NCBI GenBank assembly: GCA_039933785.1
Contig: JBDTNL010000009.1
Location: 8,964 to 72,963, forward strand
Direction of reading: 5' to 3'
Length of the DNA stretch: 64,000 nucleotides
Source of the DNA: Acidobacteriota bacterium
GTDB taxonomy: Bacteria > Acidobacteriota > Thermoanaerobaculia > Multivoradales > JAGPDF01
Shown piece after piece: positions 30,817-41,966 of the stretch; position 1 is the stretch's first letter; each line of letters opens with the position of its first letter. The translations under genes were made by a program, and so were the position numbers. The notes beneath the pieces were generated by a model, which was given only the letters and a program-made list of their open reading frames with translations, did no database searches and had not been told where the DNA came from.

Positions 30817-31269
30817 ATGGGAATGGGTGGTGGTGGAGGCAAGGGCCTCAAGAGCGAGATCAACGTCACGCCGTTGGTCGACGTGGTGCTGGTGTTGCTC
30901 ATCATCTTCATGGTGATCATCCCGATGACGCAGGTTGGCTACGCCGTGAACACGCCTCCCAAAGTCGAGACCAAGATGCCGCAGCCGCAGGACAACGATC
31001 AGTTGATCGTGCGGCTCGACGCCAACGGCAGCATCTTCATCAACAAGGAGGCAGTGCCCGAGGCGCAATTCGCCGGTCGGTTCCGCGAGGTGATCAGGAA
31101 CCGCGAGACCAAGATCGTGTTCTTCGCCGCCGACGGCGAGATCACGTACGACCGGGTGGCGAGCGTGATGGACTTGTGCCGCGAAGCTGGCGCCAAGAAC
31201 CTCGGCATCGTGTTCGACGATTTGAAGCCCGGTCCGGGCGCGGCGATAGCGGTAGGCCTCGCTCAGTGA
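30817..31269 (+). CDS. exbD: ExbD/TolR family protein (copy 2)
   Basis: EINVTPLVDVVLVLLIIFMV; AD..I.Y..V..VMD. Confidence 0.92.
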   Translation: MGMGGGGGKGLKSEINVTPLVDVVLVLLIIFMVIIPMTQVGYAVNTPPKVETKMPQPQDNDQLIVRLDANGSIFINKEAVPEAQFAGRFREVIRNRETKIVFFAADGEITYDRVASVMDLCREAGAKNLGIVFDDLKPGPGAAIAVGLAQ

Positions 31270-31274
31270 TCCCG

Positions 31275-31304
31275 CGTGACGCTCCGGTTCGCCGGAGCGT
31301 TACG
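31275..31304 (+). terminator. Stem-loop with TTCG loop ending the exbBDD operon
   Basis: CGTGACGCTCCGG-TTCG-CCGGAGCGTTACG; no strong U-tract. Confidence 0.55.
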
Positions 31305-31436
31305 TCAGAAGACCTGTTGTTCGAACGCCGCACGGCGGGCTGATCCAGCTCGCCGTGCTCGTGTGTAGAGCGGAAGCAGCACTCCGCTCCGCCCACGATC
31401 CGCCTGACCAATTCCGTTCCCTTCCTGGAGGAGAGT

Positions 31437-33878
<2,442 letters not shown>

Positions 33879-33903
33879 TCTCGATCCAACCCCGTCCTGT
33901 CTC

Positions 33904-33945
33904 GTCGGCTGGCTCCCTGCGGGGGCCAGCCGATTGTGTTTTTTG
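33904..33945 (+). terminator. Rho-independent terminator after hppA
   Basis: TCGGCTGGCTCC...GGGGCCAGCCGA followed by TTGTGTTTTTT. Confidence 0.75.
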
Positions 33946-34055
33946 TACGATCAGCGCGGCTTGCCGGTGGCGGCTGGGGTAGGCTGAGGGCGGTCTCTGG
34001 CTTGCTCTGCGGCTGGGCCGCGTTGGGAGCTCTTGGGATGGATTCCGTAGCCGCG

Positions 34056-35543
34056 ATGTCCGACCCCATGAGCTTGCTCCGTGAGTGCGAGCAATCGTTC
34101 CGGCTCAACCACTATGCAGAAGCGCTGGACCTGGCGACGAGGGCACTCGCCTTGTTTCGGCTTGGGGACGACAAGCCGGGCGAGGCTCTGGCGCTCGGCT
34201 GGGCCGGCGGCTGCCTGACCCAACAGAGCCGCTACCAGGAAGCCATCGAGAATCTCAAGGACGGCATCGCGCTCTGCGAGCAGCTGGGGCGGATGGATCT
34301 TGCCGGCCGGGCGTTCAACTATCTGGCCATCGTGTTCGAGGAGCTCGGTGATACCGAGCGCGCCATCGAGGTCTACGAGCAGGGCCTCACCGTGGTCCGC
34401 GCTGTCGGCCAGACGGAGCTCGAGGGACGACTGCTGGCGAATCTCGGCGACCTCTACGTCACGATGGGTGACTACGCCAAGGCGTTTCCCATGGTGGAGA
34501 TGGCGAGCGAGCTCCTAAAGGCTCGCGGCGAGGACGCGCTCTACGGCTGGTGTCTGTGGGCGATCGCCCGCATCCACGACCACCGCGGCGAGGATGCCAC
34601 CGCGCGCGACTATTTCGAGCGTTCGCTGGTTGCCGCCGAGAAGGGCGGCGCCCTCCGCACCCAGGCCGAGGTGCGGACAGGCCTCGGCTCACTGCTGGTC
34701 AAGGGCGGTGACTACGAGGGCGGCGTCGCCCAGCTGTATCGTGCGCTCGATCTCGCCGAGCAGGCCGGTGTCCGGCGCGAGATCTTCAAGACCCAACACG
34801 CGCTCGCCGAGGCACACGAGAAATTCGGTCGGCACGAAGACGCACTGCGGCACTTCAAGGCCTTCCATCAGGTCCGTTCCGAGATGTACGACGAGGTCGC
34901 CAAGGCCAAGGTCAGCAGTCTGGCTGCGGCGATGGAGCTCGAACGCGAGCGGCTGGAACGGGAAATGTCGCGCCTGCGCAACATCGAGCTCGCCGAGGCG
35001 CTCAGACAGCTCGAGCTCCAAGCCGAAGAGCTGCGCCGGCTGACCACGCGGGACGCGCTCACCGGAGTATTCAATCGCCGCTACCTCGACGAGGTCCTTC
35101 CCGGCGAGCTCGAACGATGCCGCCGCTACCGGACGCCGTTTTCGTTGGCCATGGCCGACGTCGACCACTTCAAGCAGGTGAACGACACGCTCTCGCATGC
35201 GGTGGGCGATCAGGTTCTGCGCCGGCTCGCGGAGCTCATGACGACCGAGCTCCGCCAGAGCGACCTGATGGCCCGCTACGGCGGCGAGGAGTTCGTCCTC
35301 GCCTTCCCGGAGACGGCACTGATCGGTGCCATCGAAGTCTGCGAGCGCATGCGCAAGGCGATCGAAGGCCACGCCTGGTCGGCCATCCACCCGGAGCTCC
35401 AAGTGCGGATCAGCTTCGGCGTGGTCGGCGACCAGGGTGCCATGGGCCGCGGCAGCCTGCCGGACTGGGAGCGTCTGCTGCTGCTCGCTGATACCCGGCT
35501 CTACGAGGCCAAGCAGAACGGCCGCAACCGGGTTTGCGGCTAA
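34056..35543 (+). CDS. Diguanylate cyclase with N-terminal TPR repeats (start uncertain: 34038 or 34056)
   Basis: TPR array, coiled coil, DALTG.FNRR, D.DHFKQVND, RQSD I-site, RYGGEEF. Confidence 0.9.
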   Translation: MSDPMSLLRECEQSFRLNHYAEALDLATRALALFRLGDDKPGEALALGWAGGCLTQQSRYQEAIENLKDGIALCEQLGRMDLAGRAFNYLAIVFEELGDTERAIEVYEQGLTVVRAVGQTELEGRLLANLGDLYVTMGDYAKAFPMVEMASELLKARGEDALYGWCLWAIARIHDHRGEDATARDYFERSLVAAEKGGALRTQAEVRTGLGSLLVKGGDYEGGVAQLYRALDLAEQAGVRREIFKTQHALAEAHEKFGRHEDALRHFKAFHQVRSEMYDEVAKAKVSSLAAAMELERERLEREMSRLRNIELAEALRQLELQAEELRRLTTRDALTGVFNRRYLDEVLPGELERCRRYRTPFSLAMADVDHFKQVNDTLSHAVGDQVLRRLAELMTTELRQSDLMARYGGEEFVLAFPETALIGAIEVCERMRKAIEGHAWSAIHPELQVRISFGVVGDQGAMGRGSLPDWERLLLLADTRLYEAKQNGRNRVCG

Positions 35544-35565
35544 CGCCGAACGGCGCGCCTACGGG

Positions 35566-36369
35566 TCACCGCCCGCGCGCGATCGCCCGTCGGGCGATGC
35601 GGTCGATCAGCCCCGGCGCGATCAAGCGGAGCCAGCGTCCCAGCCTTCCCCGCGCCGAAAGGATCACGAGTCTCCTGCGGCCCCGCATGGCTGCCAAGAT
35701 GCGCTGCGCGCACTCCTCGGTCGACATGACTCGGGCTTCCTGAACCGGGCTCAAGCCCAGCGGCCGACCGTCCACCCCGATGGCGCGCTCGCGGCTCTCC
35801 GAGCGCACGAAGTCGGGCGCGACGACGGTGACATCGATTCCGCTGCCCATGAGCTCGACACGGAGTGAATCGAGGAACCCAACCTGGGCGTGCTTGCTTG
35901 CCGCATAGCCGGTGCGAGTAGGCACGCCGGTGAGTCCTGCGACGCTTGCGATACCCACGATCTGACCGCCCACGTTGCGCAGGTGTGGCAAGGCCGCGGC
36001 GCAGAGATACACGCCGCCGAGATAGTTCACTCGCATCATGCGCTCGAAAACAGCGAAGTCGGTGAGCTCGGCGAACGGCGCCCACATCGAGATTCCGGCG
36101 TTCCACACCAGCGCGTCGACCGCGTCAAAGGCCTCCACGGCGCGCGCGATCAGGGCGTGGCAGGCCATCTCCTCGGCGACGTCGGTGGGGACCACGATCG
36201 CTTCGGCGCCGAGTGCCCGGCAGGAGACCGCAGTGCCCTCTAGTCGCTCGCGATCCCGCGCGGCGAGCACGAGGCGGGGCCGCTCCGCCGCGATCGCGAG
36301 CGCCAGGCCGCGGCCGATGCCCGCGGACGCACCGGTGATCACCACGACCTTGCCGGTATAGGTGCTCAC
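35566..36369 (-). CDS. SDR family oxidoreductase
   Basis: TGASAGIG, NAG, YAASK. Confidence 0.92.
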   Translation of the reverse strand: MSTYTGKVVVITGASAGIGRGLALAIAAERPRLVLAARDRERLEGTAVSCRALGAEAIVVPTDVAEEMACHALIARAVEAFDAVDALVWNAGISMWAPFAELTDFAVFERMMRVNYLGGVYLCAAALPHLRNVGGQIVGIASVAGLTGVPTRTGYAASKHAQVGFLDSLRVELMGSGIDVTVVAPDFVRSESRERAIGVDGRPLGLSPVQEARVMSTEECAQRILAAMRGRRRLVILSARGRLGRWLRLIAPGLIDRIARRAIARGR

Positions 36370-37334
36370 TAGAGACCCTCTCGCTGGCCCTCAATGGCCA
36401 GCCGCATACCTGCGGCTTCAATCGCCCGCCTGGCGGCGCTGTCTGGATCTGCGGCGGGGTTGCTGTGGTTGAGGTGGATGAACACCACCTTGCGTCTCTC
36501 GTTCTCCGGCAGCGCGGCCAGACGTTCCATGGTGAGCCGGATGAGCGGGTGTGGAATCTCCTCGAGCTTTCGCCCCGGCAGCTCGTGCTCGTCGAAGAAC
36601 GTCCCGTCGAGAAACGCCACGTCCACGCGGCGCAGAACGTCCTCGAGCTTCTGGTCCCAGGCTTCCCAACGGTCGATGTCGGGCAGGTACAAGGCGGAGC
36701 GGTGTGGGCCGCGAACCAGAAAAGCGTAGGTGTCCGTGTACTCGGCCCGGTGCGGCACCGCGATCGGAGTAATCGAGAGCCCGGGAGCGAGGGCGATCGC
36801 CGTCCCCGCAGCAAACCTCTCGAGACGAATGTGCCCGAGCCTCACCAGCAGCTCCCAGGGAGCGTTCTTCTCGAGAAACGCGGCCATGCTCGCCGAGGCC
36901 ATGACTCGCTGGCCCTCGGCCGCGTAGGCCTCGCGGCCGAGCTGGAGCAGGCCGGTGTAGTGGCCCATATGGGCGTGGGTCAGAAAGATGGCGTCGAAGA
37001 GCGGAGGTCGGCCCGCGGGCTGGGGCGCGCCCGGTGGATTGCCCGCGGCGCGCGCCACCTGCTCACTAAAGTCGGGCGTGGCGTCGATCAGCCAGCGTTT
37101 GCCGGTCGCGGGGTCCGCGATTAACAGGGAGGACACCAGGCGTCGTCGTGAAGGGTTCTGGCGTGCCGCCTCATCCTCCGGCAGATGGGCCGCGATCTGT
37201 GGGATCCCGGCGTCCTGGGCGGTGCCCAAAACGAGGAGATAGGGCGGCGGTGCGGCGGGGCTCTGGATCGTGCTCGGCGCCGCACCCTGAACTAGGGCCG
37301 CGAGACAGAGGACGGCGCGAGCGTATTGAAGCAT
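36369..37334 (-). CDS. MBL-fold metallo-hydrolase, PqqB-like, with putative signal peptide
   Basis: LGTAQDAGIPQ, IDATPD, LTHAHMGHYTG, VPHR.E, DGTF, IPHP, IHLNHSNP. Confidence 0.82.
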   Translation of the reverse strand: MLQYARAVLCLAALVQGAAPSTIQSPAAPPPYLLVLGTAQDAGIPQIAAHLPEDEAARQNPSRRRLVSSLLIADPATGKRWLIDATPDFSEQVARAAGNPPGAPQPAGRPPLFDAIFLTHAHMGHYTGLLQLGREAYAAEGQRVMASASMAAFLEKNAPWELLVRLGHIRLERFAAGTAIALAPGLSITPIAVPHRAEYTDTYAFLVRGPHRSALYLPDIDRWEAWDQKLEDVLRRVDVAFLDGTFFDEHELPGRKLEEIPHPLIRLTMERLAALPENERRKVVFIHLNHSNPAADPDSAARRAIEAAGMRLAIEGQREGL

Positions 37335-37346
37335 GAAGACTCTTCG

Positions 37347-38327
37347 CTACCCGAGAAGCTCCTCCACCGCGGCGCGCTCTTCGCGGAGCTCCTTCTCGGA
37401 TACCGCCATCTTCTCCTGGCTGAAGGCGTCGATCGCGAGACCCTGGACGATCTGATAGCTCCCGCCCTTGCAGGTGCAGGGATAGGAGTAGACGACTCCT
37501 TCCTTGACGCCGTAGCTGCCGTCGGACGGAACGCCCATGCTCACCCAGTCGCCATCGGCCGTGCCGAGGGCCCAACTGCGCATGTGGTCGATGGCCGCCG
37601 AGGCCGCCGAGGCGGCGGAGGAAGCGCCGCGCGCCTTGATGATCGCCGCGCCGCGCTGCTGCACGGTGGGGATGAACGTGCCGCGATACCAGTCTTGAGC
37701 GACCTGACTGGTGGCTGCCTTGCCGCCCACCGTGCAATGCGCGATGTCCGGGTACTGGGTCGCCGAATGGTTGCCCCAGATGGTCATGCGACGGATGTCG
37801 TTCACGTGCGCCCCGGTCTTCTCGCCGAGCTGCGAGAGGGCGCGATTGTGATCGAGGCGGGTCATGGCGGTGAACTGGCGGCGGTCGAGCTTCGGAGCAT
37901 TGGCCGCGGCGATCAGCGCGTTGGTGTTGGCCGGGTTGCCGACCACCAGGACCTTGACGTCACGTGAGGCGCCGTCGCTCAGGGCCTTGCCCTGCGGCCC
38001 GAAGATGGCGCCGTTGGCCGACAACAGATCTTTGCGTTCCATGCCCGGACCGCGGGGTCGCGCACCGACCAGCAGTGCGTAGTCGACTCCGGCGAACCCC
38101 TCGTTTGGATCGGCGGTCTTCACTATCCCCTCGATGAGCGGGAAAGCACAGTCCCGAAGCTCCATGCACACGCCTTCGAGCGTGTCGAGGGCCGGCGGAA
38201 TCTCGATCAGGTGGAGGATGACGGGCTGCTCACTGCCGAGCATGTCGCCGGCGGCGATACGAAAGGCGAGGGCGTAGCCGATGTTGCCGGCGGCCCCGGT
38301 GATGGCAATGCGGACGGGCTTTTTCAT
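37347..38327 (-). CDS. mdh: Malate dehydrogenase
   Basis: [59 protein letters not shown]. Confidence 0.97.
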   Translation of the reverse strand: MKKPVRIAITGAAGNIGYALAFRIAAGDMLGSEQPVILHLIEIPPALDTLEGVCMELRDCAFPLIEGIVKTADPNEGFAGVDYALLVGARPRGPGMERKDLLSANGAIFGPQGKALSDGASRDVKVLVVGNPANTNALIAAANAPKLDRRQFTAMTRLDHNRALSQLGEKTGAHVNDIRRMTIWGNHSATQYPDIAHCTVGGKAATSQVAQDWYRGTFIPTVQQRGAAIIKARGASSAASAASAAIDHMRSWALGTADGDWVSMGVPSDGSYGVKEGVVYSYPCTCKGGSYQIVQGLAIDAFSQEKMAVSEKELREERAAVEELLG

Positions 38328-38356
38328 GAGTGGATTCTATTTCAGGAAGGACGGAC

Positions 38357-38386
38357 GTAGGGGGCGAGGCATGCCTCGCCCCCTAC
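38357..38386. repeat. GTAG-type REP-like perfect palindrome (30 bp)
   Basis: GTAGGGGGCGAGGCATGCCTCGCCCCCTAC, intergenic, exactly self-complementary. Confidence 0.7.
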
Positions 38387-38399
38387 TGTGGCCGCGGAC

Positions 38400-39878
38400 C
38401 TACTTGGCCGGGGTGTTCAGCTTGCTGTGGCTCCGGCTGTAGCCGAAGTAGAAGATGAAACCGATCACCAGCCAGATGATCAGGCGCATCCAGTTCGTCC
38501 AACCCAGGCCGTAGATCATGGCGCCGCATACCACCACGCCGAGCGTCGATACGACTGGCAATGCCGGTACCGTGAAGCCGCGCGGAATGTCGGGCCGGCG
38601 GTTCCTCATGATCCATACGCCGATGCAGACCAGGATGAAGGCAAACAGCGTCCCGATGCTGGTCATCTCGCCGACCACGTCCTCGGGAATGAAGGCCGCG
38701 AAGAGCGCGGTGAAGAAGAAGAACAACCAGTTGGACTTGTACGGGGTCTTGAATCGTGGATGGACATCCGAGAAGACCTTGGGGACCAACCCGTCGCGGC
38801 TCATCGAATAGAACACGCGCGACTGACCGAGCAGCATGACCAGGATCACCGAGGAGAACCCGGCGAGAATCGCCACGGTGACGAAGTTTGAAAGCCAAGC
38901 GTAGCCCGGCATGTACTTCGTGATCGCGAACGCCACCGACGCCTCGCGCCCTGCGGAGCGGAAATCCTCGACCGTGGCGACGCCACTCAGGACATAAGAG
39001 AACAGCACGTAGAGGATGGTGCAGACGACGAGCGAGCCCAGAATGCCGATCGGCATGTCGCGCTTCGGATCCTTGGCTTCCTGTGCCGCGGTCGACACGG
39101 CATCGAAGCCGATGAAGGCGAAGAACACGACACCGGCAGCGCCCAGGATGCCCATGATGCCGCCATAGGCGTGGTGGATACCCTGCGGTGTCACATAAAC
39201 CGTGGGCTGGGGAATGAAGGGTGTGTGGTTCGCCGGGTTGATGAAGCCCCAACCGATGAAGATGACCATGATCACGATCGCGACCTTCGTGATCACGATC
39301 AGACCGTTCACAAACGCCGACTCCTGTGTGCCGCGCACGAGAAGCGCGGTAAGGATCACTAGAATGCCGACCGCGGGAATGTTCATGATCCCGTGCACGC
39401 TCGGGTCGGCCGCCATGTGCTCGAAGGGCGAGTGGCACCATTGATAGGGCACGTGCCAGCCGACGAACGAGAGCACTCGGTTGAAGTACTCGCTCCAGGC
39501 GATCGCAACGGTGGCGGCGCCGACCGCGTATTCGAGCACCAAGTCCCAGCCGATGATCCAGGCGACGAGCTCGCCCATGGTGGCGTAGGAATAGGTGTAG
39601 GCGCTACCGGCGATGGGGATCATGGAGGCGAATTCGGCGTAGCAGAGGCCGGCGAACGCGCAGCCGACGCCCGCCACCATGAAGGCGATGACGACGGAAG
39701 GACCGGCGCGGTCGGCAATGGCGGCTGCGGTGCGTACGAACAGGCCGGCGCCGATGATGGCGCCGATGCCGAGCGCGACCAGGGCCCAGGGGCCGAGGGT
39801 GCGTTTCAGCGTCCCTTCACCGGTCGCCGCTCCCTCGACCAGCAATTGATCGATCGACTTCGTTCGAAATAAGGACAT
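38400..39878 (-). CDS. APC family amino acid permease (CAT-like)
   Basis: GIGAIIGAG, CYAEFAS.IP.AGSAYTY, FFAFIGFDAV, EAKDP.R, SRDGL.P. Confidence 0.93.
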   Translation of the reverse strand: MSLFRTKSIDQLLVEGAATGEGTLKRTLGPWALVALGIGAIIGAGLFVRTAAAIADRAGPSVVIAFMVAGVGCAFAGLCYAEFASMIPIAGSAYTYSYATMGELVAWIIGWDLVLEYAVGAATVAIAWSEYFNRVLSFVGWHVPYQWCHSPFEHMAADPSVHGIMNIPAVGILVILTALLVRGTQESAFVNGLIVITKVAIVIMVIFIGWGFINPANHTPFIPQPTVYVTPQGIHHAYGGIMGILGAAGVVFFAFIGFDAVSTAAQEAKDPKRDMPIGILGSLVVCTILYVLFSYVLSGVATVEDFRSAGREASVAFAITKYMPGYAWLSNFVTVAILAGFSSVILVMLLGQSRVFYSMSRDGLVPKVFSDVHPRFKTPYKSNWLFFFFTALFAAFIPEDVVGEMTSIGTLFAFILVCIGVWIMRNRRPDIPRGFTVPALPVVSTLGVVVCGAMIYGLGWTNWMRLIIWLVIGFIFYFGYSRSHSKLNTPAK

Positions 39879-39902
39879 CCGGTAGATCCTCCCTTGTGCG
39901 GT

Positions 39903-41420
39903 TTACGCCGCCTTGCGACGCCAGAGCAGGTAGACGGGAATTCCCGTCAAGACGATGACCAATCCCGGCCAGCTGGTGGAGGTGCGGTAGAACAGCAGCA
40001 CCAGCAGGATGGCCGAGGCAGCCAGGATGTAGAGCGCCGGGACCAGCGGATAGCCGAACGCCTTGTAGGGCCGTTCGACGTTGGGTTGCGTCCTGCGCAG
40101 CCGGAAGATGCCGGCGATGGTCAGCACATAGAAGATGAGCACCGCGAACACCACATAGTCGAGCAGCGCGCCGTACAGGTTGCCGTAGCTCACGGCGCCG
40201 GCGGCGTCGACCTTGCGCGTGCGCATGAGGATCAGGACGCAGGCCCAGAGCCCCTGCAGGATCAGGCCCGCGGCGGGCACGCGATGGGCATTGAGCGTGC
40301 CGGTGCGCCTGAAGAAGAGGCCGTCCTTGGCCATGGCGTAGTAGACGCGCGCGCCGCTCAGAATCAGCCCGTTGTTGCAACCGAAGGTCGAGATCACGAT
40401 CGCGATTGCCATGATCGTGGCGCCGACGGGGCCGAACATGTGACCGAGCGCCGCCGTCGCCACGCGATCGTCAGGAGCGTTCTGGATCTGCTGGAAGGTC
40501 AGCGTGCACATGTAGGCCACGTTGGCAAGGATGTAGAGCGTGATCACCAGCATGGTGCCGGCGGCGAGCGAGAGCGGGATGTTGCGCTTCGGGTTCTTGA
40601 CCTCGCCGGCGGTAAAGGTGATGTTGTTCCAGGCGTCAGAGGAGAATAGCGAGCCGACCTGGGAGACGCAGTAGGCGACGAAGATTCCAAAGGCACCGGC
40701 GCTCGCGATGGTGGCGGAAACGAAGGAGAGGTCCGGCTTCAGCGGCACAACGTCGCGCAGAGTCCAGAAACCGGAGAAGTTCGAGGCCATTGCCTCGGCG
40801 TTGCGGCCGAAGATGATGCCGACCACGATCAACAACAGGAGTGACGCGGTCTTCGTGACCGTGAAGGTGTTCTGGATCATCTTCCCGAGATGGATGCCGC
40901 GGGTGTTGAGCCAGGTGATGAAGATCACCATGACGATGCCCACCAGCTGCTGACGCGAGATGCTGATCGCGTAGCCCGAGGAGATGTCGAGCGGCGGCAG
41001 CACCCACTCCGTGGCGCCTATGCCTGGGACGAGAACGCCGAGATAGCGTGAGAACCCGACCGCCACCGCGGCGATTGTTCCGGTCTGGATGACCAGGAAC
41101 AGCGTCCATCCATAGAGAAAGCCCCAAAGGGGCGAATACGCCTCGCGCAAGTAGACATACTGACCACCGGCCTGCGGCATCATCGCCGCGAGCTCACCGT
41201 AAGACAGCGCCGCGGTGATGGTCAGCAGCCCGGTGACGATCCACACCATCAACAGATTGCCGGGCGACCCCACGGTCCGCGCGATGTCGGCCGAGACGAT
41301 GAAGATGCCCGAGCCGATCATCGACCCGGCGACGATCATCGTCGAGTCGAGCAGTCCCAACTCGCGAACGAATCCGCTCGCGCCGTCCGCAGCTGCTTCA
41401 CTCGCCGCTTGATTCGCCAT
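39903..41420 (-). CDS. APC family amino acid permease (LAT-like)
   Basis: GSMIGSGIF, YGELAAM.P.AGGQYVY, GEVKNP.RN.P, ARVYYAMA.DG; start MANQAASE with GGAGG RBS. Confidence 0.92.
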   Translation of the reverse strand: MANQAASEAAADGASGFVRELGLLDSTMIVAGSMIGSGIFIVSADIARTVGSPGNLLMVWIVTGLLTITAALSYGELAAMMPQAGGQYVYLREAYSPLWGFLYGWTLFLVIQTGTIAAVAVGFSRYLGVLVPGIGATEWVLPPLDISSGYAISISRQQLVGIVMVIFITWLNTRGIHLGKMIQNTFTVTKTASLLLLIVVGIIFGRNAEAMASNFSGFWTLRDVVPLKPDLSFVSATIASAGAFGIFVAYCVSQVGSLFSSDAWNNITFTAGEVKNPKRNIPLSLAAGTMLVITLYILANVAYMCTLTFQQIQNAPDDRVATAALGHMFGPVGATIMAIAIVISTFGCNNGLILSGARVYYAMAKDGLFFRRTGTLNAHRVPAAGLILQGLWACVLILMRTRKVDAAGAVSYGNLYGALLDYVVFAVLIFYVLTIAGIFRLRRTQPNVERPYKAFGYPLVPALYILAASAILLVLLFYRTSTSWPGLVIVLTGIPVYLLWRRKAA

Positions 41421-41582
41421 CCGCCGCGTTCCTCCAACCTCGATTGCGTGATTTTCCACGAGTTTAGCGGCTGCGGAGGGGCTTGGGAAGAAGATGGGGC
41501 CGAAGGGCGTCCGGCTTGGGCAGGCCGGAGGCGCTCGGTCCCCTCTCGAGGTCGCTTCGAAACATCGGCTGTACGGTCCGCG

Positions 41583-41618
41583 TATACCGAGTATGGATAT
41601 AACGAGAGTCGATATACT
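41583..41618 (+). promoter_or_regulatory. Candidate PadR operator and -10 box
   Basis: 15-bp imperfect direct repeats TATACCGAGTATGGA/TATAACGAGAGTCGA overlapping TATACT, which lies 6 nt before the padR ATG. Confidence 0.45.
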
Positions 41619-41624
41619 GACCCC

Positions 41625-41966
41625 ATGGAACCCAACGATCTGCTGCCTCTCCCTGCTCCTGTGTTCCACATCCTGGTGGCGCTCGCCGAGGGCGAACGTC
41701 ACGGCTACTCGATCATGCGCGACGCCGAAGAGCGAACCCACGGGGCCCTGCGCCTGAGTCCGGGCACGCTCTACGGATCCATCCGGAGGATGCTCGAGCA
41801 GGGGCTGATCGAAGAGGTAGAGCGCCGTGCGCCGGCCGACGACGAGCGCCGTCGCTACTATCGATTGACGAAGTTCGGACGCCGCACGGCCGAGGCCGAG
41901 GCCTCTCGCCTGGCCGAGCTGCTGGGAAAGGCACGCGCCCATGGGCTCCTTACGCAACGCGGTTGA
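41625..41966 (+). CDS. PadR family transcriptional regulator
   Basis: IL.AL..G.RHGYSI, GTLYGSI.RM...GLI, RRRYYRLT..G. Confidence 0.92.
   Translation: MEPNDLLPLPAPVFHILVALAEGERHGYSIMRDAEERTHGALRLSPGTLYGSIRRMLEQGLIEEVERRAPADDERRRYYRLTKFGRRTAEAEASRLAELLGKARAHGLLTQRG

Noticed and set aside
28898-31269. Tol-Pal operon
   Set aside because: No tolB or pal follows, and the gene order and TonB C-domain fit TonB-ExbBD better.
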